Shown in pieces: positions 1 through 12,600 of a stretch of DNA of 64,000 nt. The notes beneath the pieces were generated by a model, which was given only the letters and a program-made list of their open reading frames with translations, ran no database searches and was not told the DNA's origin. Numbering within the stretch: position 1 is the first letter of the stretch; every line of letters starts with the position of its first letter. A program made the position numbers and the translations under genes. The DNA is from Carcharhinus amblyrhynchos (lineage: Eukaryota), in assembly GCA_965287045.1 (NCBI GenBank), contig OZ336888.1, forward strand, positions 30,628,001 to 30,692,000, in the 5' to 3' direction.

Positions 1-487
1 TTGGCATTCTTGAATCTGTTCTGATGACTGCAAGGTGTAGGTTTACAGAAAAATACTATTATTGAAAGCTGCTGAATCTACTAAAAGGATTTTCACTCAA
101 TTTATTGATCTACTCTACCTGCCTGATGCCAGTATGTTACAGTTCCCATTACACTCACTCCCAAATAGAAAATGGGGTGAACTTTTAAAATGATCTCCAA
201 CGTTTTACTATTTTACAGTCTTTCACTATGTAAAGAGAAATCCGTTTCCATTGCTTTTACTGAGTCCTTGCTTTAAATTGGACAGCTGGAACACTGAGGA
301 AAACTCAGGTCTCACTTGCCCAGCCAGATTTTGTGTCCAGCTCATTTTCTGGAATGTGGAAATTATGTTACAGAGATAAAGCTATTCAAACGCCAGGAAT
401 AACAATTAAGGGTGCACCACTAAAAGAAACAGGCTAATCAAAAATTGCACAAAAACAAAATCACTTAAATTCCTGAAGATATAAAGA

Positions 488-712
488 CTGGGATTTTCTG
501 CCGTCCTGACTCCCAAGCCACCACCGGTGTATTTTCCGATGAAGGAAAAGACTCGCCATTGACTGCCAGAGAGAAACTCTGCTCCCGCCAAAGTCTATGG
601 CTCATTTTATGGCTTGCCTACCATCCCGCCACTGGGGAATCTGCTGCAAAAAGGGAGTCCTTCACTTGGACCGGAGGATCGCATCAGCAGGAAGGGTCAG
701 AAAATCCTGCTC
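488..712. mobile_element. MITE-like element with short terminal inverted repeats
   Basis: gggattttctg ... cagaaaatcctg termini around a GC-richer body. Confidence 0.45.
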
Positions 713-1163
713 AAAGTGTAAGTTGCATAATTCACATTGCTACATTGCAGCCAACCATAGGCTGACAGTTACCATGCTAATCTATGTCAAAACCCCTTTG
801 TGCTATCTGGAACTCAGCTGTGTCTGGCACAGCAAATGTCTGAAGTGCTGGAAGGATTAATTTGCCAACCTGCTGAATGAGTTTGTCTTCCATTGTACTG
901 TCCTTCATGTTGTATCTATGCACTGGTTGTGAATTTCACTGATGGGAATTCAAGAGGGATGCTTGATTTAACCCAGCAAGATCATCAGTAATGAAACAGT
1001 AATTTATCCGTGTGCAAAGTGCCAGATTTGGGGATGGAAAGGAAGTATTTTCTTTTTAACAGTGGGATTTTATTTCGCATTCCTGCTGGCAGGAGACTGC
1101 AGATCACCTGTGGTAATATATTTGTTTATTCGTTAACTGGGTTAAAGTGGTCACATTTGTTAC

Positions 1164-1335
1164 CTGCTGTATTGTTGGTGTGATGACGGGAATAATCTGT
1201 TTCTGTCGCTCTGATAAGATGATGATGTCATCAATAGCCCACTGGTCATATCCCTCACCAGAATGAACAGGCTGCCACCAGCGAAACCGGGTACAGGTGG
1301 TCTTGGCAGAAGCCGGAAGCTCAAAATATACAAAT
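1164..1335 (-). CDS. RELN: Reelin exon (~26), [57 protein letters not shown]
   Basis: Hand-translated (different frame from the track ORF); tgacag acceptor, GTAAC donor; 172 bp. Confidence 0.96.
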
Positions 1336-1998
1336 CTGTCAAATGAAATGGAAATGATAAAAAAAAATTCTGTTCAGTTTAATTATTTACCAGTAAATTT
1401 CTATTCCCATGACTCTACAGGCTTAGACCACTCTCAGACAAAAGGGCAAAGAGACATCCAATTGCCAGGCTGGCCCTGTTGAACCAGATGTAGTTGAACT
1501 TTATTTTTGTTCCCTCCTGCTAGGAGTGAGTGTATATCCTTCACTTAATGCCTTCCTCCAGTGGAAAAGTCAAATTCTTTAACTCACTATGCAAGGGAGC
1601 ATTGGCCCAAAACCACACGTTGCAGCGACACAGCACCACCGTTCAGCCCACTGCCTGAAAAATGGTGGCCTGTGGGACAGGAGGGTTTTATACTAGATAA
1701 GCACCATCTCTAAAGGAGTCAGGGAAAACCAGTTCAGGAAGTGGCCACACAATCTTCAGGCTGAAGCAACAGGGCTTAATTTGCTCGGCAAAGCTGATAC
1801 GAGAGCTGGTACCAATGGCAGGATTTCAGTGTGATTAATTGGTGAGATTTCTATGACAAATCTAGCAAAAGTACTTTTGAAGGGCATCTTTGTTCTGGCT
1901 GATGCAATGGGACCCAAGGTTAACTTTAGTGAGTGTTTAATTGATTTAAGTCTAATAAACAAACCATGGAACGTATGTCCTCCCTCCCCAAGTCTTAC

Positions 1999-2204
1999 CT
2001 GGGTTGACCGTAGTCAGAAAAGTACATTTCTGAGAGCAGGTGCCAGCTTATGCCACCATTGTTGCTGTACTGCAATAAAACACCCTCCTCTCTGCTGTCA
2101 GGTGTATTACAGGAGCCGATGTTCCCTCCAATCCGAACGTAGAACTGGATAAAGTCTACCCATTGAGTGTCAAGGTCCCAGCTGACGAGTTGCCTCTTTC
2201 CATG
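1999..2204 (-). CDS. RELN: Reelin exon (~25), [68 protein letters not shown](R)
   Basis: Hand-translated; Asp-box SNNGGISW; gtctag acceptor, GTAAG donor; 206 bp. Confidence 0.96.
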
Positions 2205-4169
2205 CTAGACGAGTAAGTAAACGGAACACACCTTGAAGATTACAGTATCCGATATCCTTGTTACAGGCATAAGCATGACGGAATTATTGGGAAAATGATT
2301 TTACAAAATGTGGAGGGTGAAAAGGATTAAAGGTCTTTGCTCACATGAGAAAGAAACCAAACTGTTATTTTAGACTGAGCCCACAGGCACATTTTTTCTC
2401 TCTAGTTTCAAAGACAAAAGGTGAAATTCTTCCATTTTGAAACTAAGGATGGGATATTATGGCCTCACTTGTCCCAAAACCATAAAATCCAGGCCAAGGT
2501 CAATGGAGCTTCCCACTGTCCACCCCACGTCCGCTCCGATTCCCGTGGTGGGTGGGACAGGGCGATAGAATCCTGGCCTAAGTGCGGTGGCAGGCAGCTC
2601 TGTGGCACTTGTCCCATTGACAGGGTTCAATGCCTGGAACCTCAATAATTATGCACAAGCACTTTCCCATCCAAGACACTTGGTTGGCTGGCAGCTGATT
2701 CGCCCACCCATCATCAGTTGGCAGGTTCAAAGAACCCAGCACCATACTGAAACACAAGTTCAGTATCCTATTTTTCACTCTCTCCAACTTACCTGCCTGC
2801 ACCAGACCATGCAGAATGTCAGCAACTCAAAGGGACAAGGCTAGCAACCTCAGCCAGAAATCTGTTCCTTGATTCAACCGCCCTCTCCCTGAGCACATCA
2901 CCAGCAAGGCACCCACTCCCCATTTGGACATCTACCCACTGCATGTGTGTGCATCCCCTTCCAGTTTCCTTTGAAACCCTCCCCCCTTATCTGTGAGCTT
3001 TTTATGTAGCTTTTTTGGGGTCCAGTTCTCCTCCATTTGGTATTCCATTGATCCTCATTCACCATCTTGCTTACCTGCGTGCCACCGTGGGCCTTTGCCC
3101 TTCACTCCCCCATGTTGTCAGTCTTCCTTCCACATTGCCCTACCCCCTTGTCTTTGTTAGGCTACACCCCAACCTCATCTCTCATCACCTCTCACCCCTG
3201 AATCAAACTTTGTTGCAGTGACTGCATGAATCCTGCAGCACAGTTCTGTCTGAATAGATACTAGTGTGTGGCACCAGGGGGAAGGAAATCCCTGTGCTCC
3301 TCGAAGCAAAGCCTATACTGATCTGACTTAGTGACACAGGAGGGTCCATGGATCCAATGCTGTCCATGAAGGCCAGAGGCAGTAACTGTTCTGCCTAGCA
3401 CAGTGGTGAACAGCACATCATGAGCACTGTAGCACTATGGCAGAAAGTTGTTGCCCTCTCCCTGAAGTCTCTGGTGAACCAAGGACTTCCTTGTGAACAC
3501 CACTCATCAGCAATCAGGTTTAATGGCTGGTAATTTCACACTTGTGATCGGAAGGCCTGAACGGATGCCAATGGGCAGTTGTTTTACTGAGCATTCATGA
3601 GAGGCAAATGGCATTTGCACCACCTGCCAGGGGAAAGTGTGGCCACCATTGACCTGCCATTGGGAGAACTTGCAATGTGATTTTATGCTGGTGTGCTTCC
3701 GATTTTTGTCTCCTGCCAGATTCACACGCCTGCCCCCACCACCAAACCAGCTGCAGGCTGGGTGGGAGAATTCCACCCATGGAGTGTGGTTCCATGGGTA
3801 CATGTTCATCTCCAGCATCTCTGCCAAGTGATTATCTTTCAGTTGAAAGACTCAACAGTGGCTCCAGGTGCAAGCAACAGTTGGCAGTCAAGCTATCGTC
3901 ACTTGGATTTTTCACATCCGCACTTTACAGAAGAGGTTATATGAGAATGAAGTAATTTTCCTCTTGCTTATGCTGTAACACTCTCATTGCTGCCTGACTG
4001 AGGTCACTGATCTAAACAAACAAGTTATTGGGAATCTCGTAGTTGTTTGTTTTCATTTCTGAGTTTCAAAATCACACACAATAAGCATACATCCTCACAT
4101 CATACTAAAGCCACATATAGATCTGATAGACACTGGTTCAGGTTGTCTTGGATGAAGAAAAAACTGTAC

Positions 4170-4356
4170 CTCAGAGAAGTAGAGTGATGAACCTGAGGAA
4201 ATAACTCCACAGCCCTCCTCTGGTTTAACAATTTGTCCACCAATAATTTCCTGCCAATCATTCTTCATCACAGCCTCATTCTCAAAGTCACATGTCACTG
4301 TTGAAGGCAACATAGCCTCTGGCTTACAGGTAGATCCGTGATAACCTGAATCACAT
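4170..4356 (-). CDS. RELN: Reelin exon (~24), [25 protein letters not shown]...[15 protein letters not shown]
   Basis: ORF track 4095..4412; atcaag acceptor, GTAC donor; 187 bp. Confidence 0.95.
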
Positions 4357-4936
4357 CTTGATAGAAAGAAATGACTATTTAGGGACTGAATTGTGATTGT
4401 AGAATTCTGCACTTTGTCGATAAGCTGAATTTGAAACTAATTTAGTTTAAAGGGATATTCAAACACATGCAGTTAAGGTCATGAATGTAAATATGGGCCA
4501 CAATTCTTGTCTGTGGCTGGGATTCTCTGATCCCGCTGCTAAGAATGGAAATTTGGCTGAGCACCAGATTCTCCGTTCCTGCTGACAGCTGTGATGGGGT
4601 GTACGACATTGAGGATTCTGGCCACGGTGTTCTGGGCTACAAAGGCAATCACCTAATAAAATGGAATGAGTTAAAGACATTCGGTCCACCTATCGCATCA
4701 AAGTACAATGCACCCCATCATGGACTTTATTTTTGACATCAAGGACTAAAGAAAGTTTTGATCATTTCCAGGATCCTGTGCTCAACACTTGGAGTGAGCA
4801 CCAAATGGAGTTGCAGCATAGATCATCCATGATCAAGCTGAATGATGGAACATGTTCAAAGAGCTGAATGGTTTACTCCTGTGCCTATGTATACATGCAT
4901 CTCCTGATAAATCAATATTTCTATATTATTACATAC

Positions 4937-5074
4937 TTGCATAGTCCATTGTAACACCAGCCGTGTCCATTGCACATTTCAGGACACTGTTGACCAATAT
5001 AAATATCATCTAATGCCCATTCATCCTGAATCATATAGTAACTCTGGCTCCATCGAAAACGTGTAGCACTTGAC
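4937..5074 (-). CDS. RELN: Reelin exon (~23), [45 protein letters not shown](K)
   Basis: Hand-translated; reelin repeat motifs plus EGF start; attcag acceptor, GTATG donor; 138 bp. Confidence 0.96.
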
Positions 5075-6827
5075 CTGAATCAGTTTAAAAAAAAGATGTT
5101 AGTCTTAGGAATTTACCTTAATTAAAATGAGGACTGACTGTTTCACTAATCATTGTGACAAAAGTATGCTGGAGATTTATTGAAAGAAATGTTTATAACC
5201 CCTGAATTAGTTCAGTTGGCAAAAATATCTGAGCCGCACAGGCCAGAGGTTTCAAGATTATTAGCTAATCTCCTCCTGGGTAGTAGTTAAGGTGCCACAA
5301 TGTAGGCCTGGATCTCCTAAACTAGAGAGGGAAGAATCAGCCATAGTCGTTGATGGAAAGAGTAATGTTTGGCTGTAACAACAACGCGTTTGATAAACCT
5401 GGCAATATTCATTGGTTCAGACATAAAGAATGGCCACTTGGGTAAAGTATCAAAGGACAGCCAATTAGCAATTGTATCTCAATATGAGTCAGCACCTCCC
5501 AGAGAGGAGGGTACAAGGAAATAGTTAGGCCCAAAGCCTCATTTTTAAAATACATGGCATACAAATAACATTGTAAATGTACGTAAAGAATATTCATGTT
5601 ACTCAGTGACTCTGCTTCACAGTTATTGAAGTGGTGGTGCCAATGGAGCAGAGAAAATAATCTGTATCCTATCAGGGAACTGCGTGCAAATATCTGGCAC
5701 AATTCACAACATTAAGACTCCATTTTTAATAGTCAAGCCCAATATTATGATTGAAGAGGTTAAGCCTCAATGAATGAATCTCAAGCTATGGTGCACTGGT
5801 CGAACACAGAAGATGTTAATTTATTTTATCAATGAGCCCATGTTTGTCAAATACTGCATTTAGCATCTGAGAATTTATACCACATTGGGAGAAAACGCCA
5901 CTCTACTTTCATTATTTAGCCCATAAATCAGATTTTTGGAAGGCTGAATCTTGTCTTCCCACATGGTGCATGCTGCTCCCAAGACTACATCCCTTTCTGG
6001 AGCTCCTGTGTCACTTTCGGCATGCCTCTGTGGGCTGAACAGCAGAATATTTGGATTATTGACTTTAATGCAGCCAGGATGTGTCACACTGATGGTATGA
6101 TCTCAGACTGGTTTTGAAGGTCAACCACTTAGGAAGTTCAGATGATAATCGGTGAATGTAAGAACAAGCTCTTCCCAGTCAAGAACCAGCTAATGCAATG
6201 ACATTTTAATATTTATATTCCAAAATGCAAATGTGATAATTACACTGCGTTTGTTAAAAAAAAACTGTCCCCGACAGCTGCCTGCATCTCATCAGCAGTG
6301 CTGATATGCAAATATCTACACATAAAAACAAATTCATTTTCATAAAGCAAAATCCAATGTAATTTGTCTAAGCTGTGCTTAGTACATAATGTGATTGGAA
6401 GAAAAATGGCAAGCTCAGGGCAGCAGTTTTCATCAAATGTCCTGCAAATGCTTTATGAAATTGGTGCTAAGATTACCAAATCCCTTCTGACACACTCCGA
6501 CATGTTTAAACACCAGTGTTCTTTGCGGTTTGAATGCATTCGCCTAAATACTGAAGAACTGTGCATATTCAATCAATGTTAAACAGAAACTTGTTAATTT
6601 TTTTATGGCTATTACGGAGATTAAAAATTCATTTGAGCCGATAACAGCTGTTAAGATAATTAAAACCATAGTCACAAGTTGGGGAGGAGCCAATTAAAGC
6701 CCAGTTACCTGGAGTCTTTGATTTCACATTCTGCAGATTTATGTGATGAGACAGTTGGTGGGAAGACAATGATTCATCTTACATTTGGCCCATTCCCAAG
6801 GATTAATGCCTGCAATGATTTACTTAC

Positions 6828-6940
6828 CACGTTTTTTGTTGCAGGGACACGGTTACTCTTTTCCACTGTGAGAACTCCGAGGAATGATAAACACTGGCAG
6901 AGGTGAACTCCTGGCAACTAGGCATACTGGGAAAACATTC
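6828..6940 (-). CDS. RELN: Reelin exon (~22), [37 protein letters not shown](W)
   Basis: Hand-translated; ctgcag acceptor, GTAAG donor; 113 bp. Confidence 0.96.
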
Positions 6941-7069
6941 CTGCAGGAAAACACATCAAGCTAGAAAATAGGGTTACCAAAATTTTTAAAATTCCACATC
7001 TGCCTGTCAAAAGGCTTCAAATGTACAATTTGGGAATCAATGGATTAATGAAGATTGAGGACTGCAAAA

Positions 7070-7640
7070 GGCATTGGTGAGGCCACACCTGGATTATTGT
7101 GTGCAGTTTTGATGTCCTTATTTGAGGAAGGATGTTCTTGGCAAAGAGGGAGTACAGCGAAGTTTACCAGGCTGATTCCTGAGATGGCAGATCTGTCATA
7201 TGAGGAGAAACTAAGTCGGTTAGAACTATATTCACTGGAGTTTAGAGCGGTGAGGGGGATCTCATAGAAACTTATAAAATTCTAACAGGGTTAGACAGGG
7301 TAGATTCAGAAAGAATGTTCCCAATGGTGGGGGAATCCAGAACTAGAGGTCATAGTTTGAGGATAAGAAGTAAACCTTTTAGAACTGAGGCGAGGAGAAA
7401 TTTCTTCACACAGAAGGTGATGAAGATGTGGAATTCGCTACCACAGAAAATAGTTGAGACCAAATGTTGTCTGATTTCAAGATGAAATTAGATATAGCTC
7501 TTGGGCAGAGAGGGATATGGGAGGAAGGAGGAATCAGGATATTTATTGAATTCAATGATGAGCCATGATCAAAATGAATGGCAGAACAGGCTCGAAGAGC
7601 CAAATGGCCTAGTCCTGTTTCTACTTTCTATGTTTCTTTG
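7070..7640 (+). mobile_element. CR1 3' fragment
   Basis: FTRLIPEMADLSYEEKLSRLELYSLEFR plus 3' UTR and tttctatg tail similar to the 51-52 kb copy. Confidence 0.85.
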
Positions 7641-7987
7641 CTTCTATTGTGAGAATATCTTCTTTGAGTTAGACATATTTGAAATACCTGCAGTAGTCAC
7701 CCTAACTGGATTGCCAATGTTATTGATTCATATTCTGATAAAGTCATGGAAATGTATGAGGCCAAAACATGCTCAAAAGAATTTTCAGATTCAAAAGTCA
7801 AACAAATAGGTAGTTTTCTTCTTTCCAGATCACAATGAGGTCCTGCGACAAATGGAACTTTCAGTCAGTTATAACCAGAAAGAACAAGTGGGAGCCACTA
7901 GTTTGGGCTATGTTAATGTGGCATAGGAGGAGCTATTAGAGCAGAAATGTTAAAACAACAGAGGTGAGCAAAAGCAACCATCTATAC

Positions 7988-9203
7988 AGCTCATTAGGTT
8001 ATCTTAAAAATAAAGGAAAATAGTTAGCTTGAACAGTAAGATGTATGGCCCTAATTACGAATAGGGTAAGTTCAGTACTCTTAATAATGAACCTCACTGA
8101 AAGGGAACATTTGCAGCAGAGAAAGTTCTCTTCAAACACAGGAGTGCTGAATTTACCATTTAATAATTTCACTTTCCTCTGTATGATTTAATCTGTATAG
8201 AATTTACGTCTACACAGATGCTTGTGTGAAATGTTTGCTATGTTGAAGAATATGGTGTCTGAGTAATCCTTCAGAAAATCTCCACGGTGACAGTCCTTGG
8301 TTGAGAAGAAATGTACTGAAGAAGTTTGTGAATCCAAGTTATCTTCCCCAGGGAAAGCACTTCATTTGCACCAGTTTTAGGTGAAACTTAGGCACAAAAT
8401 AAAGTCTTTACACTATAAAGATGGTACTGATAACTGGGAAAATCAAAACCTGGATCAAACCTAAATAAAACTTCATTGATGGCTGTGAACCTGTTCAATA
8501 AAGGCCTAAGCAGGAAACTGATTAAAGTAACTTAAACGCGTTAGTTCAAATATAGTCACAGGCAGGGGCTTTATTTATTGAAAGTTCACATTTGGTGTCA
8601 TAGTGAAGATGATCTGAATGCAACTTTAAATAATGACTGCACATATTCATAACACCAAAGACAACAAAAATAAAGATTTGACGCTGACAGAAACAACATA
8701 TGTAAATTGTAAACTGCTTTCTGACATCACTAAATGTAATATATGCCCAGATGTGGCACAAGTCTCAAGATTGAACTAGCATTGAACTATAAACTAGAGT
8801 CTGAACATTCATGTCACAACACAGGATCACTTTTTATTAGCAATGAATAAAAAAATGACCAGCTGTCTGCACATATTCCCTTTCCATTTGTATAAAATTT
8901 ATCCAACAGTGCACAATTCAAAAAAAGATTGTGTCATTGATACAATCCAAACTAGACTGATTAATATGTGTAATGTTTAACATTGAGCTCATTAGGTTAT
9001 TTTAAAAATAAAGGAAAACTAGTTAGCTTGAACAGTAAGATGTATGGCCCTAATTACGGATAGGGTAAATTCAGTACTCTTAATAATGAACCTCACAGAA
9101 AGGGAACATTTGCAGCAGAGAAAGTTCTCTTCAAACACAGGAGTGCTGAATTTACCATTTAATAATTTCACTTTCCTCTGTAAGATTTAATCTGTAGAAT
9201 TTA
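7988..9203 (+). repeat. Direct repeat of ~219 bp (7988-8206 and 8986-9203)
   Basis: agctcattaggttat...atttaatctgta(ta)gaattta occurs twice about 1 kb apart with few differences. Confidence 0.92.
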
Positions 9204-9496
9204 TACAACACTACATGCAGAAAAAGGCCTTTCAGCCCATTGAGTCTGCACCTACTCTCTGAAAGTGCATCTTACCCAGGCCCACCAGAAGGGTGGTAGG
9301 TGGAAGCATTGGGGTCAAGATGTTTAATTGTACAAAATTATAAGAGACAGACTTGTTGGATTAGTGGATCTTTACCCGCCCATCATTTTTCGTACTTTTA
9401 TCTGTTCTTATAAGTTACAAGTTTCTGGCTATATCACTGTGTAAATTTAGCACTAAGCAAGTCCAAAAATCTTGTAAATCTTGCTCTCATATTTAC

Positions 9497-9689
9497 CTCC
9501 TGTACAAGGTGCCACGTTAAGCCATGGTTTGTGGAATATTCTAGTCTTATTTGGTTGTCCACGTGTAGTGTAAAAGGCTTTCCACAGCCCATCACCAGGC
9601 TGAATTGCAGCATATATGAGGCCCCGATCTGCATGGACTGGGTTTCGACATAGCGCATGCTCGAACTTGTTTTAGAATCTCCAGTGAAA
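9497..9689 (-). CDS. RELN: Reelin exon (~21), [36 protein letters not shown]...[15 protein letters not shown]
   Basis: ORF track 9434..9658 plus upstream codons; ctacag acceptor, GTAAA donor; 193 bp. Confidence 0.97.
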
Positions 9690-12600
9690 CTGTAGCAATG
9701 ACAAATAAAGAAATATTAAGTGGACATAATTGTTAAGATCAAGCCAAAGGCAGAATTCTTTAGTAAAGTAATGTGAGTGATTGGACTATGCAGTAGGTTA
9801 GTCACTGGCCTTTCACCTCGAGGCCATTGTTACAATCCAAACTAGACTGATTGATAAAAGTTTGATTATTTGCTGGTTACTCAAACCTAATTCCTGAAGG
9901 ACAGAAGCCTAAATGCATAAAGTTGTATTATTTTGAGGGTACTTGCAATCTTATTGAGAGCGACTACAAGTTAGGTGTTGCAGGAAATGTAAAATCACTG
10001 TGCTGATGCAACAGTATATGCTTTTCGAAGATTGGGGCTGAAGCATGTTATTGGGCTGAACTTTTCTTTTGATGTCTTTGATGCTCTAAATTTAAATTAC
10101 GATGTTTGTCACGTATTTGATGTAGCTTTTTGTCCCTCTTTTCCTGAAGTCATATCATCCATATGATCAATATATTTTACATGACAATCATTACTGAGTG
10201 CAAACTGGGAAGGATATACTTTGTTGATACGTTGAGGGTTGAGTAGGAACAATGTGCAACATTTTATAATTCAGGCCTCTGAAGTAACAATAACCTCTTT
10301 GGGATATCATATGTTTTTGGGGTAGACTATACTTCAGTGTGGAGAGGGTAACCCTCACAGAGCACGCAAAACTACGCTTGACTTCACTGGACTGGACATG
10401 GAACTGCAGTCAAATGGAGTGTTTATATCATACTTGAAATTTTAACAATAAAACCAAGTATCTCAAAACTGTTTCTGTATTCTTTGCAGCAAGAACAATG
10501 GTGTTTCCATTAGTCTACTGGATAGATGATTTATTCATATTTCCATGATGGAAATAATCCAAAATGGTCTTTTTGGTTGCAACAGAAATATGGTTGTTGA
10601 ATGATTCTTTGGTAAGCTGGTTAGGTCAGTTGGCCACATGGTTAATGTTGATTCTGAATGATGCCAACAGCGGGGGTCAATTCCTGTTCTGGCTGAGGTA
10701 GATTTGGAAACTGCCTCCTTCGCCCTGCCTGAAAATGGAAGGTAATAGTAAACCACCAATCACTAACAAAAGAAACGGCTCAAACTGAAGCATCAATAGA
10801 CAATGAGCCAAAGACATGTTTTTGGGCAGAGTCTAATAGGAGGGAATCATGTTTGACAGCAATCTGTTTTCTAATGCTATCACTTTGAAACAACAAATAT
10901 GACATATATGATAACTGCCCTTTCGATAGTAAAGATTACGACCTCTACGAGAAATCTGATGCCTAGCTATTAATCAAAGACATTTTCATAACCCTTTTTT
11001 GTAAAGGTGATTTCTGAGAGAACTTTGAGAATGTTAACCATTTTCTTTCTTTTGCACAAGAAAAAGCAATGAAATAGAAATACAGCCAACTCAGCGCATC
11101 TTTCAGCTTCCAAAGATAAATCCTTTCAATTTTTCTTTGTTCCAGAAGTAGTCACATATGTATCGAAATATATGTGATCATTTGTATTATTGCTACTGTA
11201 TATCCCTCTATTTTATAAACAGGATCCACATAGTTTAGTCCATTTGGGTTAAACTCTCCCAATATCCCAATGTGACAATATCACCCATCACATGAGACAT
11301 TATCCTTTGAGTTCCAACACCAGGCTATGCCACCTACGTCTGTATTATTCATGTCTTTTGTGTTCACCACTCTCACCACTGAAGAACTAAGAAGAATGAC
11401 AGTAGGCAACTCTAAACATAACCTTGCATGTTTCATAAAGAATGAAGAAAAAATCCATTTAAAACAAAATATCTCAGTTGTGAATTGTTCTAATATTTGA
11501 CTGGACCAGTTGATGACATCATTAAAACCCCTTAACTCACTTACTACCTCTGTATCATTTCCTTTCATTATCCCACATTCAACATCATCATAAAGCTATC
11601 TTCTTTTATGGATTATTGAATTTGTCTTTTGCAGGAAGAGACGATGTGATTGATGAAGTGTGCAGCCACAACGTCAAACCCTCAGCCAGAAGAGTTCCAA
11701 ACCCTAGCTGTCCCTAAATTACTCATAATGGAATGTCCTTCCTGCAAGGAGAGCATCAGGAGAACATCCTAATAAAGAATAATTTATTTCTAAGAAATCA
11801 TTTTTTGATATCCAAATTCACAGCCATCTAATGCTATAGATTTACAATTAAACAGGAAACAGAATCAGACTGACCTCCTCCAGATGACTGTTGAGGTAAA
11901 CCTTTTGGCCATTGCCTTGACATGTTACTGTGCTGGAAGTGTCTCTCTATGCAGGAGAGGCTGGGTCAACACATAAGCAAGGAATGTCCTTAGGGCCTAA
12001 ATAGAGAAGTACTCACTGTTGCTTTGTTCCTTCCAAAAGGGAATTTGGCAGGCCGTTAACTGTTGTTCCAGAGTCAACTGCAGCCCTCTTCTGGCAGGTG
12101 TGTGATAAGGGTGCAAAACTTAAGGTGTACCACCTGGATAACCCTCTGCTAACAATTCAGGGCTACAAAGTGGAGGAAAATACAGCCCGGCAGTTTCTTT
12201 ACGAACCTTTGACAAATCAATGTTTCTATCTTTCTTCGCTGGTTCATATCACCTCAGGATATGACTGGTATTATACTGATCTATCAAGTGCACATCTGCT
12301 ATTTTCAAACTCACCTATTTAAAATGATGTTGAGTTTGATCTTAAATAATTTCTTAATTCAGTCATAAGCTGAGTTCAGTGTAATTTCAAGATGAGTAAA
12401 TCATTTTAAGAAAATTATTCACAATAAAGTTTAATCTGCAAAGATGATTTTTGTTTCTGGCAGTCTCAGATAACTGTAAACTTGACTTTGTGTGAACTAT
12501 CTGCTTGCAGAAGAGCTTTGTACTGTAATTATTTTATTATGACTTTGTGGTCTAAAATAAGCCCATGATAATTTAATCATATTTGTTTAAAATTAAAATA

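Noticed and set aside
1-1163. Downstream reelin exon (~27, NFYEKPAFDYP)
   Set aside because: No matching sequence seen; it likely lies beyond the left edge.
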